Source: Tetramitus jugosus (Eukaryota > Protista > Heterolobosea). From it: a stretch of 64,000 nucleotides of DNA. Under the pieces are notes generated by a model. The model was not told the DNA's origin. It saw only the letters and a program-made list of their open reading frames with translations, and made no database searches. Positions 30,801 to 42,574 of the stretch are shown here, piece after piece. Location: the NCBI GenBank assembly GCA_937625935.1, contig OW569371.1:415055-479054 (forward strand), read 5' to 3'. Position 1 is the stretch's first letter; every line of letters starts with the position of its first letter. The translations under genes were made by a program, and so were the position numbers.

Positions 30801-33800
30801 ACCAATTTGGAGAAACCACATCTCCTTGTCGAATCCTAAACAAGAATACTTGAAGGATCACGTTGTACAAAAGTCGATCATTTATCCATTTGCTGGATTT
30901 ATTGAGAATATTGTGGCGGCCATCTGCGAATACCATGAAGTCAATCCTCTTGTCGGTAATTTGGCAACTGTGATTGCACTAAAGGATTTCCATGTTGGAA
31001 CAGCCATGCCATTGAAGCCTGATGATACTAGAATTGTTGAAACAATTCTATCACCTAACTCCAAGACTTTCCAAATTGTCAGCAAATTGAAGCCAGCTGA
31101 TACTGAACTTTTGACCACAATGGATAAGAAGGGAGACTTCTCAAGCAAGTGGGTCACTCATGCTCATGGTTCTTATGAAATCATCAAGAAGGAGTTCTTC
31201 ACTGAGGAGAATGTCGCTATCACACCTGAAATGTCTAAGGATGCTATGTATGATGCATTGTACAACAGAGGCTTGATGTATGGTCCTGCTTTCCAAGGTA
31301 TTTCCACAACAGAAGCTTCCAATGGAGAGATTTGGGGAACAATTGATGCTCCTGCAGAGATTGCCTCTGATGTAGCCAAGTATATTATTCACCCATCTCT
31401 TGTTGATTCATGTTTCCAAGCTGTACTAACTGGTATCATTGGCAAGGAGACAATGATTCCTGTTCACATGAAGCAAATGAACATCTTCCTCAGACCAGGA
31501 GTAATTGGTTCCATTGATCAACAAATTATTACCACTGCTCAATTCCACGAACGTGTCATGGGTAATACTGCAGCTAATCGTCAATTGTTAGACTTGAAGA
31601 TCTTCAACAAAGAAGAAAGAGGTCTTGTTTCTGCTATTACCATCGAAGAATTCGCGGTTCAGGAATTGGCCAGCGAAGATGATGACAAGGATGCAGGACT
31701 GATCCTTGTTAGAAGCTGGGAAGAGCTCAATAGAATTCCTTATGCTAATGTTCCTGAAACTGTGGATCTGTTGAAGACTGTTGACCAAGCTGAATCTGAG
31801 GACTTGAAGTCTAGCCCAGTTGTATTTGAATTGTTGTCAAAGATCATTGCTCACTTCTGCCTCAATGCTCTTGTGTCTATTAACGGATCAACTGATTTGT
31901 CATTGGATGCCATTCTTGCCAAGGTACCATCAAGCTCACATGCAATCATTCAAAAGTTCTTTGAGATTATCGAGGTCAATAGCCTTGAGTTCTCCAATGT
32001 ACAGAGCTTGCATAACATTCAATTTGAGGCATCTCAAATTGTTAAGCAATATCCATTCTTCCAACCATTTGTTGAGTTGGTTATCACTGTCGGTGTGGAG
32101 ATGCCTGAGATTCTTCTTGGTCACTCCTTGAAGAGTTCTGTTGAGAGCATCACTGGTAGAATCTCTGCCATTATCGCTCAAGCTGCTGTTCCATGTGTTG
32201 AATCTATTTTGACTTCTACCACATCCCCTCTCAGAATTCTTGAGGTCAATGCTGGAGAAGGACATTTGGCTAATCTTGTTGCTCATAACTTGACCAGCAA
32301 TGTTGAGTACATTTTGACGGATCCATCTGAGGATAAGGTCTTGGCAGCTGAGGATGCTTTGTCCAAGTTGACCACCAGAATTACCTACACAGCTTTCAAT
32401 CCTGCAGAGAAGCCACCTGCTCAAATCAAATCTGAGTCCTTCGATGTGATTATCTCGTCTGGATCTCAAAATGTTCAAAACTTGAAGAGTCTTCTTTCTC
32501 CAAAGGGTGTTTTGCTGGTTGTAGAACAAAGTGCTTGCCAAGCAATGGATGTCATTAACCAATTGATCTCAACTTCCACTCCATCAGAGATTTCAGTTCA
32601 AGAGTCCAAGCCCCTATCAGGCATTGCTACCTTGTCCGTCATCAGAAACTCTGGAAACCACGAGAGACAGAAGTGGTTGGTGTTTGCTGACAAGAATGGC
32701 TTTGCAAACTCTCTTGTTGAGCAGTTGTGTGAAAAGTACAACCAAGTAAGTGAAGATTTCATTGTGGTGACACCTGGATCTTCTTATGCAAAGAACTCCA
32801 ACAATGTCACTATCGATATTACCAATGTTGAACACTATCACCAATTGCTTGCTGATGTGCCTGCAGTGAATAGAGTAATCTTCTCATGGGCCATGGATAT
32901 TCCAACCTTGTCAGAGGATCCAGAGTTGATGTTTGTCAGCCAAGAAAATGTTTGCTACAGCATTACTTGCTCTATTCAAGCATTCGAAAAGGTTCACATC
33001 GTTCCTGAATTCTTTGTCGTCACAAGTGGCGCACAGGCTTTAGATTCATCCAATGTATTGAACATTAATCAGTCTGTTGTTGTCGGTTTCATGCACAGCG
33101 CTGCTGGCGATTTCTTCAACACTCAATCCAAATTGATTGATGTCGATCCTGCTTTGAGTACTGCAATTAATGCAGAGCAAACTGCTGAAGAAATTATGTT
33201 GAACAACAGAAACTCCTTCAATGAGATTCACTTGAGTGGAAACAAGAGAATGGCCTTGTACTACAACAAGAAGGCACCAAATAGTGTTGACTACCGTAAC
33301 TTTAGAACTATTGTACCAGCAAATGATGAGACTAATTTCAGAGTTGCTGTTCCTAAGACAAGATTGTTGAGAGATGTTTTCTTTGAAGTCATCCCTAGAG
33401 TGGCACCAAAGAGTGATGAAGTTGAAGTGAAGATTAAGGCTTCAGCCATTAACTTCAAGGATATCTTGAAGATTAGAGGGCTTCATCCAATCACTGTCAA
33501 ATGTAATGAAGATGCTAAGAAGAAGGAACTTGACTACTGCAACTTGATTGGTTTAGAAGCTGCTGGTGTTGTCACAAAGGTTGGCGATAATGTCACTAAT
33601 GTCAAGCCAGGTGATAGAGTTGTTTACTATAGTGTTAATGATGCTTTGTTCAAATCTTATAGCATTCAACCTGCCAAGTTGGTCGTTAAGATTCCAGACA
33701 ATATGACATTCGAACAAGCTTCGGCTGTTCCTATCGTTTTTATGACTGCATTCTACTGCTTGTTTGAAAAGGCAAAGTTGAAGAAGGGACAATCTGTTCT

Positions 33801-36486
33801 CATTCATTGCGCTTCTGGTGGTGTTGGTCTTGCTGCCATTCAACTCTGTCAAAACGCTGGAGCCACTGTATTCGCTACAGCTGGTACTGACAAGAAGAGA
33901 CAGTTCTTGAAGGAAGTTGTTGGTGTTGAACACGTTTTTAGCAGCAGAAATGCTAGATTCTACGAAGAGATCAAGAAGATTACCAATGGACGTGGTGTTG
34001 ATATGATTATCAATTCTATCAGCGGAGAGATGTTGGTCAAGTCCGTTGACTTGTTGGCCACATCTGGTAGCTTCTTTGAACTCGGAAAGCGTGACATCTT
34101 TGATAATCGTCATATCAACTTGTACAAGCTAAGAAACAACTGTGCATTCCATGTTATCGATTTAGAGTTGGCTTTGTTGCATGGTGATTCGAGCGAAGGT
34201 GTCATCATGTTGCAAGAAGCCATGAGACAATACGCTGAGAATCTGATTAAACCTATCCAACTGCAAAGCTTCGATATTGCTGATATGAAGGAAGCCTTCG
34301 AGTTGCATCAAAAGGCAACCAGCATTGGTAAGTTGGTTTTGAACTTCGATTCTCAAAAGCCAATTCAAATCGTGTCGCATGAAGACAGCCATCCTACCAA
34401 CATCAGAAATGGTACTTATTTAATTACGGGAGGAACTGGTGGTGTTGGTTTGACCTTCGCCAAGTGGTTGATCCAACATAAGAATATTAAGAGAATTGTT
34501 TTGACATCCAGAAGACAGCCTGCAAAGGATGTTCAACAACAAATTGATGCTCTGAATGTTGGTGGAGTCAGTGTGGATGTTCTCACCGCTGATGTTGCCA
34601 ACCTTGCTCAAATTAAGAGTGTCATTGACAATATTGAAGCCAATAGTGCTCCTTTGAGAGGTGTAATCCATGGTGCTGCTGTTATTGAGGATGCTCTTGC
34701 ATCTAACATGAGCTTCGAATTGCTAGCTAAAGTTTTGAGACCAAAGATCAGAGGTGCTGTTTACTTGCATCACCTAACTCAACACTTGCCATTAGACTTC
34801 TTCTACATGACTGCATCTATGAGTAATGTTATGGCTCTCAACGGTCAAACCCATTACAACGCAGCAAACAATTTCTTGGATTGTTTGGCTGTTTTGAGAA
34901 GAAGACAAGGACTCAGTGCCATGTCTGCCAGTTTGACCGCCATCTCTGGTGCTGGTTTCGTCACAAGAAACAAGACTGTTGAGAGATTGTTGGGTGCTGT
35001 CGGTGTTGTTCCTGTTCACGTTGAAGAAATTGTCGAGTTGATGGAAGTGTTGAACAACAACGAATTTGTCACTCCTATCATTTCTCATAAGAACTTTGTT
35101 GCTGACTTCAAGGGAACTTATGTTCCAAGTCCACTTGAGAGATTGTTCTCCTCCGATGAATCAAACAAGGGAGAGAGTACCGAAGAAGAAAACAGCGCTG
35201 CAAACTCTGCTGATAACGTCTTGAATGAAATCCACAACTTTGTTTCCCAAGTGCTTGGTACAACTGTTGAGAACATTGCAGTTGATAAGTCATTGAATCA
35301 ACTTGGATTCGATTCATTGATGTCTGTTGAAATCAGAAATTGGATGGCCAGCAAGTACAAGAAGAACTTGCCATTGGTTGAATTGTCCATTGAGACTGTT
35401 ACCACTTTGGCTCAAAAGATTCTCAATGCTTCGAACAAGAAGCAATCTGGAGATGCCAGCTCTGGTTCAACCGATGCTTCTAACAACAGCGAAAATAGTC
35501 ACAGCACTCATGTTGATAACCAAAGCATGAACAGAATTAATCCACTGCATACTACTGAGAAGCCAACAATGAGACTAATTTGCTTCCCATACATGGGTGG
35601 CTCTTCCAATGACTTCAAAGACTGGCCAAAGCAATTGCCAAGTGATATTGAAGTTTATGGTGTAGATTACTTGTTGAATATCACTGATAAGCAAAGCCTC
35701 TATGATTGGAGTACTTTGATGGAACTATTGCTCGAAGAATTGAAACCTTTGAGCTCTGTTCCATTTGCATTCTATGGTCACAGTTTGGGAGCTTCAGTTT
35801 CATTCGAATTCACTCGTTATTTGAATGCTCATAACCAACCACTCCCATGCCACTTGTTCATTGGTGCTCAGGTTTCTCCAGGAATTGTAACTGTTTCTTC
35901 AGAACTCTACCAACACATGTTGAAGAGTGATGATGAGGTTATCGCTCAAAAGGTAATTGAGTATGACTTGTTGCCTGGCTATTTGATGAAGATTGAATCC
36001 TCAGAAATGGAAGAGAAATTAGAATCAGTCAAGAAACTCATTGCAATGCCAAAGTTGATTGCTGAATTCAAGCTCCACGCACACTATGCACACAATGATG
36101 ATGAATTCGGTGATAATCAAGTCAATGTTCCATTAACCGTCTACAATGGAACCAATGATAAGTTGACATCTAATGCCGATATGAACTTGTGGGCAATGCA
36201 AACCAACAACAAGTTTGAATGTCACCAAATTGAAGGTAGTCACTTGTTCATCAATGAGACTGCTGGCCTTCAAACAGTGTTGAACTTAATCACTCGTTGC
36301 TTGAACACACACAAACAAACTGAACAACGAACTGAAGTCGTTGCAAGTTCTCCAAGACAATTGAGACATGTTGGCAGTGGTGAGGAATTGAAACTGATTG
36401 CTGAACTGACAAAGGAACTCGAAAGAGAAAGAAATGCCAGAAAGCAACTCGAAGAAAGATTGAGAAACGCTGAAGCCAACCATTAA
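27867..36486 (+). CDS. Highly reducing type I polyketide synthase KS-AT-DH-(pseudo)MT-ER-KR-ACP-TE, 2837 aa; intron 28244-28349
   Basis: GTATGT...TACTAAC...GATAG intron joins ORFs 27867.. and 28327.. in frame (VVA|GTNTAVYVG). KS DTMCSSS / HTTGT / NIGHTE; AT GHSVG and AFHS; DH HVVQKSIIYP; MT-like ILEVNAGEG; ER IHCASGGVG; KR ITGGTGGVG and YNAAN; ACP GFDSL; TE GHSLG...GSHLF. Confidence 0.96.
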
Positions 36487-36553
36487 GTGAAACAAAAATA
36501 AATAACTATTTAATTAATTCCAGCAGTATGGCATTGTTGTTCTGAATACTTAC

Positions 36554-38194
36554 TTAACAAGCTGCAAACTCTGGTAAAATGTTAGGTATGTTGACTGATG
36601 GAGGCACGAAAGATTTTTCTTCGCCTCTCAGACTTGGAAATACTCTGCTCCATTCTCTGTTCACAATTTCAGTAAACCTGTCATAGTGTCCATGTTTTAT
36701 GAGTATCTTTCTAGTCAATCCCTGAACTCCACCAGCAGCAGCCAAAATGGTTGTAATCTTTGAATCCCAGGTGATAACGGGTGAAATATATCTGCCTTGC
36801 ATGTCGACGGATTCAGTTGATCCAAAAGGACCCTGCATTTTAGATCCCTTCAACATGGAGGCGTACCAAGCAAGGCCAAAACCTCTAGATTCCTCCTCAA
36901 TTAACAATGGGTAGGCTCCATAAGGTGTGACAAGTTGATTTGTGCGAACAAGTTGGAATGCAATCTCCTGAATGCCAGTGGCTGAGATGTAGTTCGGTTC
37001 ATAATTGCCCGGAAGAGACACGTTCGTAACAGATGCAAACAATCCTCCGTATCCCTGATCTCTAGAGAAGTGCACTCTAGCCTTTTCGCCATTCATAAAC
37101 ACTCGTCTATTGATAGGAATATCATTGTATGGTAGAATCATGTACTTCCACTTCTCATGAGAACTGAACCACCATCCCTTCTCAACATCAATTGGACCTT
37201 CCCTGCTGTTGTAGGTAGCCTTTTGTAACTTTGCTCTCTTCAACATCCATATCTTATCCTTCTCGTTCGATGAATAATTCATGCCTCTCCAATCTGCATA
37301 CATGTCCATGAAGAATGCCATCAATTCACCTTCATATGGATCATCCAAGTAGCACGCTTCACCTCCATCAGACTTGTAATTGTCTTTGGTTGGAGCACTC
37401 GTAATATTGACCACTCTTGTTACGCAACGAATCTTTCCTTCACCCTCATAGAACACCATGAGAGAAGTGTCGGCCAACAATTTGAAATAATTCCAATACC
37501 GATCAGCCAACTGCACCTGCCCAACATCTTGCAAAGAAATGGCCACTGCTGCCAACGTCCAAATCAACTCTCCATTGTCCAGGGATGGAACTCGATCTTG
37601 CCAATCCCACAAGAGACCCATTCCCTGATCATTCACAGAATACCAAGGCAAATAACCACCAAAACCAGGATACTTTTTGTTCCAATTCTCATATGAAGTA
37701 ATCTTTCGCTCCAACGTGTCAATTACATAGTCCTGAACAGAGAGAAATGACGATGATCCCGATGATCCCAATGATGACGATGCAGTGTCAGTTGTCATGG
37801 CAGACTTGAAAAACGTTGTAGCCACAGTGTTATTATCAGTCAATGCAAGAGCAAGCAAACCCACGTGAATACACTCCTTGGAAGCTGCACTAAAACCGTG
37901 AGCAGGATCATGAGGCAATCCAGTATCATAATCAATACCATGTCCATCCAGAGTCAACCCAGTCGCATGATTCAATGCCACTCCATCCAAACGGAGAAAC
38001 TTACCTTCCCAGTAAGCCATTTCCAACAAGAATTGATTCCTTAGCTTCTCATCAGAGATTAACTGCTGAGAAGTGTACTTGCTGGCATAACGACACTCAC
38101 GTGGTGTCTGTTGTTGAGCATGACTTGTACTACTACAACAACAGGTGATAAAAACAACAACAATAAGAAAAAGTGGCACAATAAGATGACGCAT
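36554..38194 (-). CDS. Secreted endo-beta-1,2-glucanase, GH162 family
   Basis: Signal peptide; YWEGKF, FSAASKE, YPGFGGYLPW, VPSLDNGE, LDDPYEGEL, WFSSHEKWK, GPFGSTES, TWDSK, as recalled for fungal GH162 enzymes. Confidence 0.82.
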   Translation of the reverse strand: MRHLIVPLFLIVVVFITCCCSSTSHAQQQTPRECRYASKYTSQQLISDEKLRNQFLLEMAYWEGKFLRLDGVALNHATGLTLDGHGIDYDTGLPHDPAHGFSAASKECIHVGLLALALTDNNTVATTFFKSAMTTDTASSSLGSSGSSSFLSVQDYVIDTLERKITSYENWNKKYPGFGGYLPWYSVNDQGMGLLWDWQDRVPSLDNGELIWTLAAVAISLQDVGQVQLADRYWNYFKLLADTSLMVFYEGEGKIRCVTRVVNITSAPTKDNYKSDGGEACYLDDPYEGELMAFFMDMYADWRGMNYSSNEKDKIWMLKRAKLQKATYNSREGPIDVEKGWWFSSHEKWKYMILPYNDIPINRRVFMNGEKARVHFSRDQGYGGLFASVTNVSLPGNYEPNYISATGIQEIAFQLVRTNQLVTPYGAYPLLIEEESRGFGLAWYASMLKGSKMQGPFGSTESVDMQGRYISPVITWDSKITTILAAAGGVQGLTRKILIKHGHYDRFTEIVNREWSRVFPSLRGEEKSFVPPSVNIPNILPEFAAC

Positions 38195-38607
38195 GCCTTT
38201 GTGTTGTCAATAATGGTGGTTTTGTTTTTTCTTTTTTGCTTTTTGTGAGATTTTCTATTTCGTGATCCATGGGGAAAGCACCAGAGGGAGGGACCAAAAA
38301 AGCTTTTGGTTCTGATTGCTCAGCGCAGCAGCAATTGTTGCGTGTTTTTCTCAACGTGTGTTCGTCATCTACTGCAGTGCCTTTTGGGTGATGGGTGGGT
38401 TGCTTCATCTACGAGCTCATGATAAGGTTCAATTGGTTGTTGCTTCATCTTTTAGCTCAAAAGTTAAAAGATGGAGCCAAAACACTCAAAGACGGAAAGG
38501 ATGAAGTTCAAAAAGACAAGTGGAGGAAGTGTGTAAGTGATTCAGATTTATTAGTTCTCCCAATGATACTTAGATACCTAGTGCGAGAAAATCAAACGTG
38601 AACAAGC

Positions 38608-39711
38608 TTAGTTTCTTTGTTCGACCAAGTCAGAGACCTTGACCTTACCGATATAGTTGTTCAAGACAGATCCCAAGTACAAGTATCCTTCGTGAACATC
38701 AGCTTCAGCGGTTCTTGCGTACAAGGTACCGTTGGAGGATCTAATTTCTTCGAGAACTCTACCCTTGGAGTCAATCTTCTTCAACAAGCCAGCAGTGTCA
38801 ATCAATCCCAATGTGTTCAATGGAGGAATGTAAGCAATAGCAAGAGCTTGCAACTTGGCATAGTCTTGAATGGCACTCATTTCTTCAGAAGTGTAGGAGA
38901 AGAGACCAACATAGAAGTTTCCGTTACCGTCTGGCTTAATGTTGTCATTGTAACCACCAATGTCGTCAACCAAGACTTCATTTTGACCAGCGTTACGTCC
39001 CTTCAAAATGTACTTTCTAATCTTTCTGGCAGAACATTCGTTGATGGCCAAGAATTCTTCATTCTTGCTGACAGCAATACCGTTGGCAAATCTCAAGTCA
39101 GAAATCTCAACAGACAAAGCACCAGTCGTCAAGTTCAACTTGAACAATCTTCCATCAGGGTTGTTTGCAACAACAATGGAAACAAAGGACATTCTAGTGT
39201 AGATTTGGCTAGAATCAGTAAAGTACAAAGTCTTTTCGTCATTGGTCAAATAGATACCGTTGAGCATCTTGAATCCGACACCATTGTATTGGTTGACAAT
39301 GACTTGAACGTTGGATGGGTTGGATCGAGGGATCTTGAGAATGCCTCTGTAAGCATCAGCGACCCACAAGTTTTCAGCAGAGTCAAATTGGAGACCCAAT
39401 GGTCTGCCGCATGTTGGCTCATTGAGAACAGATGTGCCACAGACAGCTCTTTGTTCAGCAGTCAATGTTGGAACAGAGTAGGCATAGACGGTGATTTCAC
39501 CAGTCACTGCGTCAATTCTTCTGATGGAACCATCAGAAACACTAGTATACAGGTTGCCTGCTTGATCCCAGACAAGGGATTCTGGACCGTTGAGAACACC
39601 GAGTCCAATCTTTTCGAGGTGATCGAAAACCTTGACCTTTGTCTTGGTGGCCATACAGAAGGCGAGGCACATGAGGAGAGCGCTCAACACAATAGCAGAT
39701 GCAGATCTCAT
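38608..39711 (-). CDS. Strictosidine synthase-like / APMAP-like six-bladed beta-propeller
   Basis: Signal peptide; GPESLVWD, EPTCGRPLGLQF, VADAYRG, LYFTDSS, DGRLFK, LRFANGI, GYNDNI, LYLGS. Confidence 0.92.
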   Translation of the reverse strand: MRSASAIVLSALLMCLAFCMATKTKVKVFDHLEKIGLGVLNGPESLVWDQAGNLYTSVSDGSIRRIDAVTGEITVYAYSVPTLTAEQRAVCGTSVLNEPTCGRPLGLQFDSAENLWVADAYRGILKIPRSNPSNVQVIVNQYNGVGFKMLNGIYLTNDEKTLYFTDSSQIYTRMSFVSIVVANNPDGRLFKLNLTTGALSVEISDLRFANGIAVSKNEEFLAINECSARKIRKYILKGRNAGQNEVLVDDIGGYNDNIKPDGNGNFYVGLFSYTSEEMSAIQDYAKLQALAIAYIPPLNTLGLIDTAGLLKKIDSKGRVLEEIRSSNGTLYARTAEADVHEGYLYLGSVLNNYIGKVKVSDLVEQRN

Positions 39712-40274
39712 TGTTTTAGATAGTTAGTTATATATATTTACGAGTTGGTTTGTTTTGTTGTTTGGTAAAGAAGGAATTCTAGTTCACACACAAGATTCGA
39801 CTTTTTAAGGGTGATTTCGCGCAGAGACAGATGTCATCGGAGGTTATTCGGAGATTAAACGGCGGAATTCGCTTGTGCGTTGCGTCACCAATCATTAGCG
39901 ACAACCTTAATTTTCTGTTTCTTCGCCTGATTCACATGTTCGGTATGCTTGGAAGAAATGTTCCGCTACTTGTATGGGAAGTTTGAAGAAGGGAATAACG
40001 TTCCATTGGCGATCTCAGTGATTGACGAGAAAGCAAAGTAGGATTTGATGATGTCAATTGGGTAGAGAGGTGATGAGCTTCGAACGAAGTTGTACGAAAT
40101 TGTGTTATTCATTTCACATTCCTAGATCCTTCGCGATTCTCAGTGATTGATAAGTGAGCAAAGAAGGGCCTGAACAGCGTCATTTGGGATTGAGAGATGA
40201 TTGGCATCGAGCGATGTGCGTGATTTCAGGATGCCGGTGTTGTGAAAAGGTATGTGGGAAGTTTTAATCGCCTA

Positions 40275-42368
40275 TTACACAGTTGACCCTGTGACAGGGT
40301 TCTCCGAGTTTACAGTGGTTGACGGACGCTTCCAAAATTTGACTTTCCGTGACACTGAGCGCACGGTGAACTTGAAAGAGAGCAGTGCTCTTTTGATCGA
40401 AATAATCACTGGTTTCAATAGTACTGATAATCTTTGATGAACTCCATCGACCAAGTATCGTCTGTCTGTAGGATCTTTAGAGGAATCATATCGCTCGAGC
40501 GATCCAGTCTCATGATTGTCCAGGTAGTACAATTGCCTCTTGCTGAATAACCTAGGGAGAAAGAACTTTCGCAATGGAACTAGAACCAGGATAAGTACAG
40601 GGAAAATAATGGCAGCTGGAGTCCAGGTTATGGCATAAATCACTCCCCAACATAGTCCCTGAATTACAGTAAAAATGAAGATATGGAACAGAGGCACCTC
40701 TGATACGAATGAGTAAGGCAAGTTGCTATAGGTTGCTGGATCTCTGAACCACAATTTCACACGATCCGCAAATTGAATACCATTAAAACCAGTTACTCCC
40801 ATGAACAAGAATAATCCTGTGGTAGCAGCATGAGGAATAACTCGCAATACCTTCTGTCCAAATACAGCGAATACACCAATGATCAAAGATTGCATAAATC
40901 CAGTGATTCTGTTCTCTCTGACTTTTACAATCATTTCTCTCTTCTTTCCGTGTTCATCTTCCACCTTCTTCACAGTCGCAAGACTAATGACATGCAACGG
41001 AGCTTGAGGCAGTAAACCAGTCACGAATGGAATTCCAAGAAGACTGGCAATAGACATCATGAGTCCAATCACAAAAATATCCCAATGAAATGCTGGTCCC
41101 TTCTTCAATTTGAATTCTGCTCTCTGAGATAGAATCGAACTGACATTGTGATCAAAGAAGAACAATGCAGTCAAAACAAAAGCTGGTAGAATAGCAGCAA
41201 AGTAAGCCCACGCAGGCATTGCTTCTGATCCTCGATAGTGAACAATCCATCCTCGATCCATTGTCGGCTTAAAACCATCTGGTACTTCCAAGAGAGGGAT
41301 TCCTACCTTTCGTAATCTCGGTATGTACACGATGGCTGTGAAAATTCCAACACTAATTGCAACTGCCAAATCAGCCAAGATCTTTCGCAGAGGCTTTGGC
41401 AAATACTCCCATGATCTGGCATAATGAAGACTATAGGCCACATAAAACATTCCAATCGCAACAATAAAACAAAATAGTGCTGCTTCTGTCGAGTAATGAT
41501 TAAAGTATTGCACGAGAGCCATAATGGCATCTTGAATGAAGATGACTCCAATCAAAACTGCAAATACTTCGTCTGAAAACCGGGTCACGTATTTGACCAA
41601 GTTGGATAAGTTAAACACGGCTAACAGCATGTGCATAATTGAACTCCAGAATCCAATCACACAATACCATTGCAGGAAAGGTAGCTTGAATTTTGCTGCC
41701 AAATCATACACTGTCGTAATGAAAATAACAACAGGACCAGTTACACCCACAATCACCAATGGTTGGCCTGCTAGAATCGCGAAAATCATTCCAAACAACG
41801 CAGTTGAAAGCAACACTTCAGTGACACCAAAAACACCCTTTGTAATCTCTTCCAAGTGAACACCAAAAGTCAAAGCTGGAGCTATTGAGCAAAAGAACAT
41901 AAAAATGACTGAAACAATACTCTTTGGATGTATTCCTTGATACAAATCGGAGAAATACAATGGTATTCTCCTCTTCAAATCGCGATAAATACCAATGAGA
42001 GGAATCCAATCTTTTCTGGAACTGGTATCCTTGTGATGCAACACCATTGCGTCGACCAATTTTTCTTGGTGATCCTCCGTCGCTTCGAATGGTACTTGAA
42101 CTTCAGGTTCAATCCCAACATCATTCTCATCATCATCACCTCCAAACACGGAATCAAAATCAAAATCAAATAAGCTTTCACCATTCAGATTCACAATATG
42201 ATGATCAATGTCGTTCAATTCGTGATTTGTCGCCACCACAGCAGTTTTCATCGTTAGTTTCTCAGTGCTCGCAATGGGAGAAACACTGTGGACGTTGTAG
42301 CTCACGTCTTCCTCATCATTCACAGGTGACTGTGGGAGAGAAGGAGTTGTTGGAGGTGTTGAGGTCAT
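40275..42368 (-). CDS. SLC4/BOR1-family anion (borate/bicarbonate) transporter
   Basis: ORF 40275..42542; likely start MTSTPP (42368). DLKRRIPLYFSD, APALTFG, GQPLVIVGVTGP, VTRFSDEVF, FFDHNVS, KKGPAFHWD, GLLPQAPLH, VRENR. Confidence 0.93.
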   Translation of the reverse strand: MTSTPPTTPSLPQSPVNDEEDVSYNVHSVSPIASTEKLTMKTAVVATNHELNDIDHHIVNLNGESLFDFDFDSVFGGDDDENDVGIEPEVQVPFEATEDHQEKLVDAMVLHHKDTSSRKDWIPLIGIYRDLKRRIPLYFSDLYQGIHPKSIVSVIFMFFCSIAPALTFGVHLEEITKGVFGVTEVLLSTALFGMIFAILAGQPLVIVGVTGPVVIFITTVYDLAAKFKLPFLQWYCVIGFWSSIMHMLLAVFNLSNLVKYVTRFSDEVFAVLIGVIFIQDAIMALVQYFNHYSTEAALFCFIVAIGMFYVAYSLHYARSWEYLPKPLRKILADLAVAISVGIFTAIVYIPRLRKVGIPLLEVPDGFKPTMDRGWIVHYRGSEAMPAWAYFAAILPAFVLTALFFFDHNVSSILSQRAEFKLKKGPAFHWDIFVIGLMMSIASLLGIPFVTGLLPQAPLHVISLATVKKVEDEHGKKREMIVKVRENRITGFMQSLIIGVFAVFGQKVLRVIPHAATTGLFLFMGVTGFNGIQFADRVKLWFRDPATYSNLPYSFVSEVPLFHIFIFTVIQGLCWGVIYAITWTPAAIIFPVLILVLVPLRKFFLPRLFSKRQLYYLDNHETGSLERYDSSKDPTDRRYLVDGVHQRLSVLLKPVIISIKRALLSFKFTVRSVSRKVKFWKRPSTTVNSENPVTGSTV

Positions 42369-42574
42369 GCTTCTTTGTTTTCGGTATTTTTTCACACGAG
42401 AGAATTCTCTCCCACAGAATTCTTGAACACACTTGCCCATTGGGTAATACACCGCTTTCCCGAGCCGCGGAATCGATCGGGCATTGCACTTGCGAGTGAA
42501 ATGCCTCTTTGAGAAAAAACTGCGACACCTACCTCCACACATTGTTTTTATTGAGATCAGGACATCTCAGTTGC

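Noticed and set aside
28573-35317. Many antisense ORFs inside the PKS
   Set aside because: Expected from biased codon usage on the sense strand; no protein-like features.
38617-39723. 368-aa antisense ORF covering the whole strictosidine-synthase-like gene
   Set aside because: Codon-aligned mirror frame with a non-ATG start and no motifs; explained by the sense gene avoiding TTA/CTA/TCA codons.
40275-42368. Borate transporter near a PKS as a sign of a boron-containing polyketide
   Set aside because: Known boron macrodiolides come from bacterial modular PKSs; this is a single iterative-type enzyme and BOR/SLC4 genes are common housekeeping genes.
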